A DNA stretch of 64,000 nt from Maribacter sp. Its GTDB lineage: Bacteria; Bacteroidota; Bacteroidia; Flavobacteriales; Flavobacteriaceae. The notes beneath the pieces are model-generated. The model saw only the letters and a list, made by a program, of their open reading frames with translations, searched no databases and had not been told where the DNA came from. The translations under genes and the position numbers were made by a program. The stretch spans positions 12,443 through 76,442 of the forward strand of contig JALHST010000222.1 of assembly GCA_022865355.1 (NCBI GenBank), given 5' to 3'. This document shows, piece after piece, positions 8,370 through 18,678 of the stretch (position 1 is the stretch's first letter; each line of letters starts with the position of its first letter).

Positions 8370-11009
8370 ATGAAAAAATTCATACTCCCGGCCTTTTTCC
8401 TTTCTATTTGCACCCTAATAACTTCCTGTAAAAAAGAGAAAACAGCGGTTTCCGAAGAACCCAGTGAAATAGTGTTCAATCTCCCAAACGATTTTCAACT
8501 TGAAGACCTTTACCATCCCAATGCCCATGGTCAAGGCTCATGGGTGGCATTGACCGAAGATTCCAACGATCGGTTCTACGCCTGCGATCAACGTGGTAAA
8601 ATATACACTTTCAAGGCTCCTGCGGAAGGCGAAACCATCGATCCTGCCGAAGTTGACAGTGTGGCACTGCATATTGGCGAGGCACACGGACTTCTTTGGG
8701 CACATGATGGGCTCTATGTCGCCGTCAACAAACGATGGGATGACGATTTACCTGATGACCAAGAAAATGGAAGCGGCGTGTACAAATTGACCGACACTAA
8801 TGACGATGGTACGCTTGATAAATTGGAAATGCTATTAAAACTGTCAGGGGAGGGTGAACATGGGCCCCATAGTTTTGTCTTGTCACCTGATGGGAATGAC
8901 CTATATTTTATCGCCGGAAATCACACGCTCATTCCTGAATCATTGCTTAAGAATAGTAAATTACCGACCAATTGGGGAGAAGATAATCTCTTTAAGCCAT
9001 ATTTGGATCCCCGTGGCCATGCCAACGAAATCAAGGCTCCAGGAGGTTGGATCGCCAAATTCTCGCCAGATGGAAAGAATTGGCAAATTATTTCCGCCGG
9101 CTATCGCAACCCCTTTGATATGGCTTTTAACCGAGATGGTGAGCTTTTTGCCTATGATGCCGATATGGAGTGGGACATCGGTATGCCGTGGTACCGTCCT
9201 ACCCGAATTTGTCATGTGACCAGTGGAAGTGAATATGGCTGGCGTACCGGGTCGGGAAAATGGCCGGCCTATTATCCCGATAATCTTCCAGCGGTCAAAA
9301 ATATGGCACAAGGATCGCCAACGGCCGTTCTTGCCGGTGCAAAATTGAATTTTCCTACAAAATATAGAAATGGACTCCTCGTAATGGATTGGAGCTTTGG
9401 TACGGTTTATTTTGTTGATTTAATTGCGAGCGGTAGCAGTTATACAGGTGAACGTGAAGAATTCTTATCGGGTACCCCCTTGCCCTTGACCGATATGATC
9501 GCAGGTTCCGATGGCAACTTGTATTTCGCCACCGGGGGTCGAGGCCTTGATTCGCATGTATATCGCCTTAGTTATCGGGGATCGGAGGATACAAAAGACA
9601 TAATTCCCGTAAACGAGGCAGCTGCCACGCAAAGAAAACTACGACAAAGTTTAGAAAGGTACCATCAAGAGCAATCAGAGGATGCCATTCCCCTGGCCTG
9701 GGAAAATTTGAACAATGCCGATAGGTACATTCGCTATGCAGCCCGCGTAGCCCTGGAGCACCAACCCGTTACGCAGTGGCAATCCCGTTTTTTCGAGGAA
9801 AAAAATGATATCAAGATCATAGAGGCCGGTATTGCACTGGCGCATCAAGGGGATAAAAGTCTTCAGGGAAAAATTCTTGAGGCACTCAATACCATAAAGG
9901 TGGACCAATTGACCGACCAACAAAAAATAGATCTCCTCAGAACGTACGAACTTCTCTTTATTAGAATGGGCGCACCGGACGCGCTTCATCGAAAAATGAC
10001 GATCCAAAAACTAAAACCTTATTTTCCTAACAGCAGTAGCGCTGTAACCAAGGAATTGGCCCAAATTTTACTTTTTCTAAAAGCCGAGGGCATCACCAAA
10101 AACCTAGTGGCGCTTTTGGAAAAAAACACCCTGGAAAAAACAGTCTCTGAAGGAGTTCAAATGCTTTCTGAGGAAACTACCTTGCGAAGTGAGCAATATG
10201 GGCCGCTTATTCGTGATGTAATTGCCAAAATGCCCCCAAGCGAGGCCATTTATTATGGTCTTTTATTAAGCCATGCAGAGGATGGATGGACCAAAGAGCT
10301 TCGTAAAAAATATTTCGGCTGGTTCTATGATGTACTGGGCGCAAAAGGCGGGATGAGCTTTAAGGCGTACATGGAAAACGTTCGACAGGAGGCCATGACC
10401 CATGTTCCCGATGCCGAGAAAGCGTATTTTCAAGAAATTTCGGGCGTATATTCCCCTTCGGAAGCCCTGGCAGATATTCCGCAACCCATTGGGCCCGGCA
10501 GCCAGTATCCCATTTCCGATTTGACCAATGTGGTTTGGGGTGGCCTCGATGATTATAATGGCACGTTCGCCGATGGCGAAAGGGCCTATAAGGCCGGGAT
10601 GTGCATCTTATGCCATAGAATGCGAGGGGAAGGCGGTGCCGCAGGACCCGATCTTACGCAGGCACATACCAAATTCAATACCTATGATCTATTATTTGCA
10701 ATCTATAGCCCGAACGACGAAATCTCGGACCAGTATGCCAACACCCTGTTCACTATGAAGGATGGCAATAAATTTGCGGGGCGAATAAAATCAGAGGGAG
10801 CAGACCAAATTACCTTAATGCCCAATCCCTTTAATGAAGGGTATACGATCCAGTTGGCTAAAGGTGACGTGGTAAAACGAGAATTATCGCCGATTTCTCC
10901 GATGCCTCCGGGGCTTCTCAATCGCTTGAACGAACAAGAAATTCTTGATCTGTTTGCCTACATTCAAGCTGGCGGGGATGCAAATAATGAAATTTATGCG
11001 GGAAAATAA
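8370..11009 (+). CDS. Secreted lipoprotein with an N-terminal beta-propeller (glucose/sorbosone dehydrogenase-like), HEAT-like helical repeats and a C-terminal c-type cytochrome domain
   Basis: 879 aa. Lipoprotein signal MKKFILPAFFLSICTLITSC. A single CxxCH heme motif (MCILCHRMRGEGGAAGPDL) is encoded at 10602-10616. Confidence 0.7.
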   Translation: MKKFILPAFFLSICTLITSCKKEKTAVSEEPSEIVFNLPNDFQLEDLYHPNAHGQGSWVALTEDSNDRFYACDQRGKIYTFKAPAEGETIDPAEVDSVALHIGEAHGLLWAHDGLYVAVNKRWDDDLPDDQENGSGVYKLTDTNDDGTLDKLEMLLKLSGEGEHGPHSFVLSPDGNDLYFIAGNHTLIPESLLKNSKLPTNWGEDNLFKPYLDPRGHANEIKAPGGWIAKFSPDGKNWQIISAGYRNPFDMAFNRDGELFAYDADMEWDIGMPWYRPTRICHVTSGSEYGWRTGSGKWPAYYPDNLPAVKNMAQGSPTAVLAGAKLNFPTKYRNGLLVMDWSFGTVYFVDLIASGSSYTGEREEFLSGTPLPLTDMIAGSDGNLYFATGGRGLDSHVYRLSYRGSEDTKDIIPVNEAAATQRKLRQSLERYHQEQSEDAIPLAWENLNNADRYIRYAARVALEHQPVTQWQSRFFEEKNDIKIIEAGIALAHQGDKSLQGKILEALNTIKVDQLTDQQKIDLLRTYELLFIRMGAPDALHRKMTIQKLKPYFPNSSSAVTKELAQILLFLKAEGITKNLVALLEKNTLEKTVSEGVQMLSEETTLRSEQYGPLIRDVIAKMPPSEAIYYGLLLSHAEDGWTKELRKKYFGWFYDVLGAKGGMSFKAYMENVRQEAMTHVPDAEKAYFQEISGVYSPSEALADIPQPIGPGSQYPISDLTNVVWGGLDDYNGTFADGERAYKAGMCILCHRMRGEGGAAGPDLTQAHTKFNTYDLLFAIYSPNDEISDQYANTLFTMKDGNKFAGRIKSEGADQITLMPNPFNEGYTIQLAKGDVVKRELSPISPMPPGLLNRLNEQEILDLFAYIQAGGDANNEIYAGK

Positions 11010-11059
11010 ATCATAAAAACCTTCCAAAATCAGAGGACAAACTTTAATTAATTCATAAT

Positions 11060-14000
11060 ATGATCAAACAACGTTTTACGATTCTATTTACCATTTTTAT
11101 GTGCCTTTCCATGGGCATCTTTGCACAAAAAAAGTCCTCTACCCAAAATAAAGAACCACAGCCCATTGACAAATCCTTTTATGAAGGTCTTGAATGGCGT
11201 AACATCGGGCCCTATCGCGGAGGCCGTTCATTAGGGTCTACTGGAAGCCCGGGAAGACCGTATGAATATTATTTCGGGGCAACCGGTGGTGGATTATGGA
11301 AAACAACCGATGGTGGCAATGAATGGACACCGGTGACCGACGGACAAATTACCAGTTCTTCGGTGGGTGCGGTCGCCGTGGCAGAGACCAATCCCGATAT
11401 CGTCTATATCGGTATGGGAGAGGTTCAATTGCGCGGAAGTATCACCCAAGGTGATGGGGTATACAAAACGAAAGATGGCGGCAAAACCTGGCGACATCTT
11501 GGATTAAAGGAAACCCAGGCCATAGCCCGAATTCGAATACATCCTACAAATCCAGACATTGTATATGTCGCCGCATTGGGCCATCCGTATGGGGAAAATG
11601 AGGAACGTGGCGTCATTAGAAGCAAGGATGGCGGTAATACTTGGGAAAAAGTATTATTTGTAAGCAACAAAGCCGGGGCGGTTGATCTGATCATTGATCG
11701 AAACGATCCAAAAGTCCTTTATGCCAGCACATGGCAGGTGTATCGCAAGGCATGGAAAATGTGGGGCGGTGGTCCCGATTGCAAATTATGGAAGTCGGTC
11801 GATGGAGGGGACACTTGGACCGACCTTACGAACAATCCGGGCATGCCTGCAGGGCCTATCGGAAAAATAGGGGTTACGGTATCCCCTGCCGATTCGAATC
11901 GGGTATGGGCCATCGTAGAAGCGAACGAAGGTGGCGTCTTCCGTTCAGATGATGCGGGGAAAACTTGGGAACGCACCAACGACGAACGCAAATTGCGTCA
12001 ACGCGCCTTTTATTATTCAAGAATTTATGCCGATCCATGGGATAAGGAGACCGTGTATTGTTTGAATACGGGCTTCTACAAATCTGCCGACGGCGGTAAG
12101 ACTTTTGACACTACGATCAAAGTCCCCCATGGCGATAATCACGATCTGTGGATCGATCCGAATAATCCCGATCGAATGATAAACTCAAATGACGGCGGTG
12201 CCAATGTGAGTGTAAATAGCGGAAAAAGCTGGACGGAACAAGATTATATTACCACACAATTGTACCATGTTATGGCAACGAGCGATGTCCCCTATCACGT
12301 AGCGGGTGCACAACAGGACAATAGTACCTTGGCCATTCCCAGTGATGATTGGGAACATATGCAGGCCGGAGGGCCTAATCACGGGTGGTACTACGAGGTT
12401 GGTGGCGGTGAAAGTGGTTGGATAACCCAACATCCCGTGAATCGGGATATATTTTATGCGGGGAGCCAAGGGGCCCTTTTAACGAGATATGACCGAAGTA
12501 ATGGGCAGTCTAGAGACATTCAAGTATACCCAAGATTCTTTTCCGGGGAACCGGCAAGCGCCTTACCCGAACGATGGCAGTGGACCTTTCCGATCATGTT
12601 CGCCCCACAAGATCCAAATGTCATGTATACCTGTTCGCAACATGTCTGGAAAACTACAAATGATGGGCAGACCTGGGAAAAAATTAGTCCTGATCTCACC
12701 TATGCCGATCCAACTACCCTGGAAAAAACGGGAGGGGTAATAACAATGGACATGAACGGCCCCGAAATTTATGCGACCGTGTTCGCTTTGGCTCCTTCTC
12801 ATCACGATATCAACACCATCTGGGCGGGTTCGGATGATGGAAAAATTCATATTACCAGAGATGGAGGTAAAAGTTGGACCGATATCACTCCCAAAGAGCT
12901 TCCGAAATTTTCTCGAGTAAGCATTATCGATGAGTCAAAACATCGCCCCGGAACCTTGTTCGTAGCAGCTAACCGATATCAAGTGGATGATCGGGAACCG
13001 TATGTATTTAAGACGAATGATTATGGTAAAACCTGGACGAAAATTATCAATGGTATAGAAAAAGGCCATTTCGCCAGGGCCATCCGTGAAGATCCGGTGC
13101 GTCAAGGCCTGCTGTTTTTGGCGACTGAACATGGCGTTTACTTTTCTATGAACGACGGTGAATTATGGCAAAGTTTGCAATTAAAGCTGCCAGATACCCC
13201 CATTCGTGATCTGGTTGTGAAAGACAATGATGTGGTCTTGGGTTCGCATGGCCGTGGATTTTGGATTTTGGACGACATTCAACCATTGCGGCAATATACC
13301 GACGCCATGAAAGACCAATCGGCCGTACTTTTTGAACCTACCGACCCAATTCGAGGACTCGGCGATGCGACCATTCAATATTATTTAAAAGAGCAACAGG
13401 ATACGATCACTTTTGAAATATTGGATGAGCATGACCATCTGATCAATTCATTTACGGGAAGTAAGCCAAAATATGAAGTAGATCCAGACTTGCCTTGGTG
13501 GAAAAAGGGGGGGTCATCAAAACCTACAACCGCCAAGGGCATCAATGTTTTCAAATGGGATATGCGATATCCCGGGGCCACTGAATTTGACGGTATGATC
13601 ATCTGGAGCGGCATGCCGCAAAAGGGACCCAAGGCGCCCCTTGGAAACTATAAGGTTCGCATGAAAACCAGGGACTATGATAAGACCCATTCTTTTTCGA
13701 TACGAATAAATCCCAACCTGAAAGGGATTAGCGAAGCAGACTTGCAAGAGCAATTTGAATTGGCGCAAAAGATCGTGAAGAAGACCAGTGCCGCGAACGA
13801 TGCGGTCATTGCCATACGTGAGATCCGGAAAAATGTCACTGCCAACAAGGAAAAAATCAGTGAATCGGATTTTAAGGAGACCATGCTTCCGTTTCTCGAT
13901 AAGATGACTGCAATTGAGGAAGAATTGTACCAAGTCAAGAACCAATCGGGACAAGATCCGTTAAATTTTCCGATCAAATTGAATAATCGCTTGGCATCCT

Positions 14001-14194
14001 TACGGCGCAGTGTCGAAGATGGCGATGCTAGGCCGACCGATGGGGCCTATCAGGTATTCAACGAGTTGTCGGCCGAACTTGACAACCACTTGACCGATTT
14101 AAAAGGTATCATCGAACACGACTTGGCCAAGGTGAATTCAGTTTTAACGAAGGTCGGCAGTACTGCGCTGGTGGCCCCTGCTATCGGTCAATAA
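11060..14194 (+). CDS. Secreted BNR/Asp-box (sortilin/VPS10-like) repeat protein, glycosidase-like
   Basis: 1044 aa with a signal peptide. About ten SxDxGxTW-type Asp-boxes are present, for example TTDGGNEWT, TKDGGKTWR, SKDGGNTWE, SVDGGDTWT, SDDAGKTWE, TRDGGKSWT and TNDYGKTWT. Confidence 0.75.
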   Translation: MIKQRFTILFTIFMCLSMGIFAQKKSSTQNKEPQPIDKSFYEGLEWRNIGPYRGGRSLGSTGSPGRPYEYYFGATGGGLWKTTDGGNEWTPVTDGQITSSSVGAVAVAETNPDIVYIGMGEVQLRGSITQGDGVYKTKDGGKTWRHLGLKETQAIARIRIHPTNPDIVYVAALGHPYGENEERGVIRSKDGGNTWEKVLFVSNKAGAVDLIIDRNDPKVLYASTWQVYRKAWKMWGGGPDCKLWKSVDGGDTWTDLTNNPGMPAGPIGKIGVTVSPADSNRVWAIVEANEGGVFRSDDAGKTWERTNDERKLRQRAFYYSRIYADPWDKETVYCLNTGFYKSADGGKTFDTTIKVPHGDNHDLWIDPNNPDRMINSNDGGANVSVNSGKSWTEQDYITTQLYHVMATSDVPYHVAGAQQDNSTLAIPSDDWEHMQAGGPNHGWYYEVGGGESGWITQHPVNRDIFYAGSQGALLTRYDRSNGQSRDIQVYPRFFSGEPASALPERWQWTFPIMFAPQDPNVMYTCSQHVWKTTNDGQTWEKISPDLTYADPTTLEKTGGVITMDMNGPEIYATVFALAPSHHDINTIWAGSDDGKIHITRDGGKSWTDITPKELPKFSRVSIIDESKHRPGTLFVAANRYQVDDREPYVFKTNDYGKTWTKIINGIEKGHFARAIREDPVRQGLLFLATEHGVYFSMNDGELWQSLQLKLPDTPIRDLVVKDNDVVLGSHGRGFWILDDIQPLRQYTDAMKDQSAVLFEPTDPIRGLGDATIQYYLKEQQDTITFEILDEHDHLINSFTGSKPKYEVDPDLPWWKKGGSSKPTTAKGINVFKWDMRYPGATEFDGMIIWSGMPQKGPKAPLGNYKVRMKTRDYDKTHSFSIRINPNLKGISEADLQEQFELAQKIVKKTSAANDAVIAIREIRKNVTANKEKISESDFKETMLPFLDKMTAIEEELYQVKNQSGQDPLNFPIKLNNRLASLRRSVEDGDARPTDGAYQVFNELSAELDNHLTDLKGIIEHDLAKVNSVLTKVGSTALVAPAIGQ

Positions 14195-14281
14195 ATGCGA
14201 AACACCGCAATGATTTAGCGTCTTCGTGCCATATGATGCCTTCTTTTTTGACCTTTTATATTACGCATTACAAAGCAGTGA

Positions 14282-15094
14282 ATGAATAAAGAACAGGAGT
14301 ACATTTTAGGAACCGACAGCGAAGAGTTGTTCAGGCTGGGTATTCAACATCAGGTATGGGCCGAAGAAGCCCAGAAAGGATGGAGACTGGCCAATTTCCG
14401 TGCAGGTCAAACCCTTCTTGACTTGGGCTGTGGTCCGGGATATTGCACCAAGGAATTGGCCTTCATTACCGGTGAAAAAGGAAAAGTTATCGGTATTGAT
14501 CTTTCCGAGAATTACATCGCCTTTTTAAAGCAGGTAGCCCTCTTACATAATCTGAACATAGAAGCCATCGCAGCAGATTTTAACCATATGCGCTTAGATC
14601 CTCAAAGTTTGGACGGCATGTACTGCCGATGGGCCCTTGCCTGGCTGCCAAATCCTGAAGACGTACTAAAAAAGGTATATCATGCCCTAAAACCACATGG
14701 TAAAATGGTAATTCATGAGTACTACGATTGGTCTACCCTTCAGACAGAACCTCGTAAAGAAGCACTTGCCAAAGGTATTGCCATGGCATTGAAAAGTTTT
14801 AAGGATAGCGATAGCGAAATTGACATCGGGCGACATCTGCCAGCCATTTTACTCAAAATGGGAATGAAACTGATAAGTATGCGACCGATGACCAAAATCG
14901 CTACCCCCGATGGGGGAATTTGGCAATGGCCAAAGACCTTTTTTAAAAGCTATTTTCCAAGATTGGTTTCACGGAATTATCTAACTGCGTCCGAAGTAAA
15001 ACTGGCATTGGATGACATGGAAGCCTTGGAAAAAATTGGTGGTGCGTCGATATGTACCCCAATGATGTTGGAAATTATAGCCGAAAAACAGTAG
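14282..15094 (+). CDS. Class I SAM-dependent methyltransferase
   Basis: 270 aa. SAM motif I is LLDLGCGPGYCT. TAG stop at 15092-15094. Confidence 0.8.
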   Translation: MNKEQEYILGTDSEELFRLGIQHQVWAEEAQKGWRLANFRAGQTLLDLGCGPGYCTKELAFITGEKGKVIGIDLSENYIAFLKQVALLHNLNIEAIAADFNHMRLDPQSLDGMYCRWALAWLPNPEDVLKKVYHALKPHGKMVIHEYYDWSTLQTEPRKEALAKGIAMALKSFKDSDSEIDIGRHLPAILLKMGMKLISMRPMTKIATPDGGIWQWPKTFFKSYFPRLVSRNYLTASEVKLALDDMEALEKIGGASICTPMMLEIIAEKQ

Positions 15095-15190
15095 ATGGCC
15101 TTGAAGAGCACACCTGGTGTAGACCCAAGGGTTTCAAGAAAACCATATCATTTCACTACTTTTGTTTAAAACTACAAGTTTACCAAAACC

Positions 15191-15850
15191 ATGAGCAGAG
15201 TAAAAATAGCCCCCTCCCTTCTGGCTGCCGATTTCGGAAACCTGCAACGTGATGTACAAATGGTGAATAAGAGCGAAGCCGACTGGCATCATATCGATGT
15301 TATGGACGGATTGTTCGTTCCTAACATCTCCTATGGAATGCCCGTTGTCAAGGCAATTAAAAAGTTCGCTACCAAACCCTTGGACGTTCATTTAATGATT
15401 GTAGATCCCGATCGATATATCAAAACATTTGCGGCATTGGGAGCATTTTCCCTTACGGTGCACTATGAGGCATGCATTCACCTGCATCGAACACTCCAGG
15501 CCATAAAGGAAGAAGGTATGCTGGCCGGTGTCGCTTTAAATCCCGCTACGAATATAAACGTCTTGGAAGATACCATTAGGGACATTGATATCGTAATGCT
15601 GATGAGCGTAAATCCGGGGTTCGGTGGCCAGACCTTTATTGAAAACACCTATAATAAGCTACGGGATCTAAAGGCATTGATACAGCATAAAAGAGCTAAT
15701 GCCCTAATAGAAGTTGATGGTGGCGTAACCTCTCTGAATGCCAAGGCCCTGGTCGATGCGGGTGCCGACGTTCTGGTAGCCGGAAGTTTTATTTTCAGTA
15801 GTGAGCATCCGTTGCAGACCATTAAAGAGTTAAAGGAAATAGCAGGATAA
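15191..15850 (+). CDS. rpe: Ribulose-phosphate 3-epimerase
   Basis: 219 aa. Motifs: HIDVMDGLFVPN, LDVHLM, MSVNPGFGGQ, VDGGV. Confidence 0.95.
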   Translation: MSRVKIAPSLLAADFGNLQRDVQMVNKSEADWHHIDVMDGLFVPNISYGMPVVKAIKKFATKPLDVHLMIVDPDRYIKTFAALGAFSLTVHYEACIHLHRTLQAIKEEGMLAGVALNPATNINVLEDTIRDIDIVMLMSVNPGFGGQTFIENTYNKLRDLKALIQHKRANALIEVDGGVTSLNAKALVDAGADVLVAGSFIFSSEHPLQTIKELKEIAG

Positions 15851-16821
15851 TGGGGCAATTTGATGTGTTGATCATTGGAGGTGGACCCATTGGCATTGCC
15901 TGTGGCCTGGAAGCCAAAAAGAAAGGGCTCAGTTATGTCATTATCGAAAAGGGGCCCATCGTAAATTCGCTTTTCAACTATCCGGTCAATATGCAATTTT
16001 TTTCTTCCTCGGAACGATTGGAAATCGATAACGTACCATTTATTAGCAAGGAAGCAAAGCCGAAAAGAAACGAGGCACTTGAATACTACCGCCGCATCGT
16101 AACCGCTAATCAACTTAATATCCATTTATTCGAAAAGGTCGAAAGTGTAAACAAATCGGAGGATATTTTTTCGATTAAAAGCAATAAGAATACATATACG
16201 GCCCTCAACGTAGTGGTTGCAACGGGATTTTATGATATACCCAATACGATAAACGTTCCTGGAGAAACTTTACCCAAGGTTTCGCACTACTATAAAGATC
16301 CCCATTTTTATGCGGGACAAAAATTGGCCATTATAGGCGCTAGTAACTCTGCTATCGATGCTGCTTTGGAATGTTGGCGCAAAGGTTCGGAGGTCACGTT
16401 GATCATTCGGGGTGCCGAGGTCGGCCAAAGGGTCAAGTACTGGGTTCGCCCTGATATAATAAATCGCATAGAAGAAGGAAGTATAAAAGCCTATTACCAT
16501 GCCGAAGTAAAGGAAATCGGCGAAAATGAAATTCTGGTCGCAACGACCGAAGGTGATGTCAAACTTGAGAATGACTTTGTATTGATCCTTACCGGGTATA
16601 AACCCGATTTCGATTTTTTAACGAAAATGGGCATAGCACTTTCCAATGATGACAAAAGGCTCCCGCATTACGATCCCACTAGCATGGAAACTAACATTCC
16701 TGGTCTTTACTTGGCGGGGGTCATCTGCGGAGGAATGGAAACCCATAAATGGTTTATCGAAAATTCCCGCGTTCATGCCCCCATCATTATGGATGCCATA
16801 TTACAAAAAAAACTTGACTGA
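15850..16821 (+). CDS. YpdA-like FAD/NAD(P)-binding disulfide oxidoreductase (putative bacillithiol-disulfide reductase family)
   Basis: 323 aa. Dinucleotide motifs are FDVLIIGGGPIGIACG and LAIIGASNSAIDAA. The start overlaps the rpe stop (TAATG). Confidence 0.7.
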   Translation: MGQFDVLIIGGGPIGIACGLEAKKKGLSYVIIEKGPIVNSLFNYPVNMQFFSSSERLEIDNVPFISKEAKPKRNEALEYYRRIVTANQLNIHLFEKVESVNKSEDIFSIKSNKNTYTALNVVVATGFYDIPNTINVPGETLPKVSHYYKDPHFYAGQKLAIIGASNSAIDAALECWRKGSEVTLIIRGAEVGQRVKYWVRPDIINRIEEGSIKAYYHAEVKEIGENEILVATTEGDVKLENDFVLILTGYKPDFDFLTKMGIALSNDDKRLPHYDPTSMETNIPGLYLAGVICGGMETHKWFIENSRVHAPIIMDAILQKKLD

Positions 16822-16824
16822 ATT

Positions 16825-18318
16825 TTAGCTGGGCATATCGGGCAAGTGCCAGCCATTATGATAGGTGTGTCGGATATATTCGGTGGCGGCCTGTAGCCCA
16901 TTGAATTGTTCGTGTTGCACATTCCATTCCGGGAGTCCGTTTTGCATTTGAAATCCGTTATGTTTTACTACTTCCATCACTTCGTTTGGGCCAATGTTCC
17001 TAAAATTCATATTTTGACCGTCCCATTGGAGTATTTTATTCAATCCTTTAAGACGGATGGCCAGGACCCCTAAGAGGACCATTTCATTAAAAGGGCCGGA
17101 ATACCCAAAATTGGCTGAACCTTCCACCCTATTTTCAGGTGATTCCTTAGAGGCCCTGATCCAATCTTGTTCATGTGGCCCGTCAATATAACCGACAGCC
17201 CCAGGAATCCGCCTTAAATTAGGTGTAACGTCGGGAATACGACCTGAAAGGAGTCGCGGGTTAAAACCGCCGCAGTCACAAATAAGCGTATCCTTGGTCC
17301 CTATAAACATACATCCCCCCAAACCATCTCGAATCATGGGTACCCCTTCAGGCAGCAAGTCCGGTCGGTCGGGCAAAAAACCCCCGTCATACCAGTGTAC
17401 CTTGACTGGCGGCATTTTTACCAAATCGGTATCCTCCCTTGCCGGAAAATCAAAACGCACTTTTTCAGCTTGCGGTGGACTTTCGGTATTGGCGGTCGTT
17501 GAACTACCAGAAATTGCATCGGGATAGCCTAAATTTAAAGCGCGATAGATAGGATCCAGCACATGGCAGGCCATATCCCCAAACGCCCCGGTCCCAAAAT
17601 CCCACCAACCCCGCCAGTTCCAAGGGGTGTATATTTCATTATAGGGTCGTTTCGGCGCCGGACCAACAAATAAGTCCCAATCAAAGTTTTTAGGTAGCGA
17701 CATAGCCATGGCTGGGCGTTCCAAGCCTTGTGGCCAGATGGGACGATCTGTCCAAGCGTGGGCCTCTGTGACTTCGCCTATTTCCCCATGCCAGATCCAT
17801 TCACAAAGTTGTCGGACGCCGTCCCCTGAATTGCCCTGATTTCCCATTTGGGTAGCCCCCGGATATTTTTCGGCCAATTTGGTCAACAATCGCGATTCAT
17901 AAATCGAATGCGTCAAAGGTTTTTGACAGTATACATGTTTGTTCAGCGTTAGGGCCGTACTAGCGATTACGGCATGGGTATGGTCTGCCGTGGCTACCAG
18001 AACGCCGTCAATCGAATCGCCCAGTTCATCAAACATTTTGCGCCAATCATAATATTTCTTGGCTTTTGGGAATTGATCAAAACAACGTTTACTGTAATTC
18101 CAATCGATATCGCAAAGGCCTATAATATTTTCGGTGTTCATTGCCAGCAAGTTGTTAAAGCCCTTGCCACCTACCCCTATACCTACAATGTGTAACTTGT
18201 CACTGGGAGGCCTATGTCCCAATCCACCGACAACATAACTCGGTACAATTGAAAAACCAACGCCCGTGAGAAGTGTATTTTTAATAAATTTCCGCCGTGT
18301 TGTTTTCTTTTTTATCAT
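16825..18318 (-). CDS. Tat-exported Gfo/Idh/MocA-family oxidoreductase
   Basis: 497 aa. Twin-arginine signal TRRKFIKNTLLTGVGFS. Rossmann motif LHIVGIGVGGKG. Also ATADHTHA and CQKPLTH. Confidence 0.8.
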   Translation of the reverse strand: MIKKKTTRRKFIKNTLLTGVGFSIVPSYVVGGLGHRPPSDKLHIVGIGVGGKGFNNLLAMNTENIIGLCDIDWNYSKRCFDQFPKAKKYYDWRKMFDELGDSIDGVLVATADHTHAVIASTALTLNKHVYCQKPLTHSIYESRLLTKLAEKYPGATQMGNQGNSGDGVRQLCEWIWHGEIGEVTEAHAWTDRPIWPQGLERPAMAMSLPKNFDWDLFVGPAPKRPYNEIYTPWNWRGWWDFGTGAFGDMACHVLDPIYRALNLGYPDAISGSSTTANTESPPQAEKVRFDFPAREDTDLVKMPPVKVHWYDGGFLPDRPDLLPEGVPMIRDGLGGCMFIGTKDTLICDCGGFNPRLLSGRIPDVTPNLRRIPGAVGYIDGPHEQDWIRASKESPENRVEGSANFGYSGPFNEMVLLGVLAIRLKGLNKILQWDGQNMNFRNIGPNEVMEVVKHNGFQMQNGLPEWNVQHEQFNGLQAATEYIRHTYHNGWHLPDMPS

Positions 18319-18587
18319 TTGTATTAAAATTTACCGCCCATTCTCCTCGCAGATTGTTTCAAGATGCCAAAGCAATGGACATCTTAATAAATGTATTAAA
18401 AAAACCTAGGAATTTGAGATTTTATATTGCGTGGCCCAGAGTAGTTAGTTTACCATCCATATACCTCACAAACCAATATTTTATTAAGAAGCATAGAAGC
18501 CTATCCGCTTTCAAAGTGTGCCTTTGCAGGCAAAAAATCATATAAACGGTGGCGGGGGACAGCTCGTGAAATAAAACGGCCCTCGGC

Positions 18588-18635
18588 ATTGGCTGCGCCT
18601 TTCCCTACAAAGCTCCGTTTTGAAAATGGAAAAAG
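18588..18635. repeat. Dispersed copy of the 48-bp repeat core also found twice at 20637-20790
   Basis: ATTGGCTGCGCCTTTCCCTACAAAGCTCCGTTTTGAAAATGGAAAAAG differs by one base from the copies at about 20637-20684 and 20742-20790. It contains the hairpin CAAAGC-TCC-G(C/T)TTTG. Confidence 0.85.
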
Positions 18636-18678
18636 TCCTAAATCAATGACCCGGTCGTACATTGGCAAGTCAGGGAAG

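Noticed and set aside
15649-16125. 158-aa minus-strand ORF across the rpe / ypdA-like junction.
   Set aside because: - It is antisense to two well-supported genes and has no recognisable motif.
- The same reasoning applies to the other antisense ORFs in the track. Examples are 3882-4208, 8961-9311, 13517-13954, 24062-24478, 33413-33880, 40590-41027, 43579-44022, 55677-56153 and 58165-58533.
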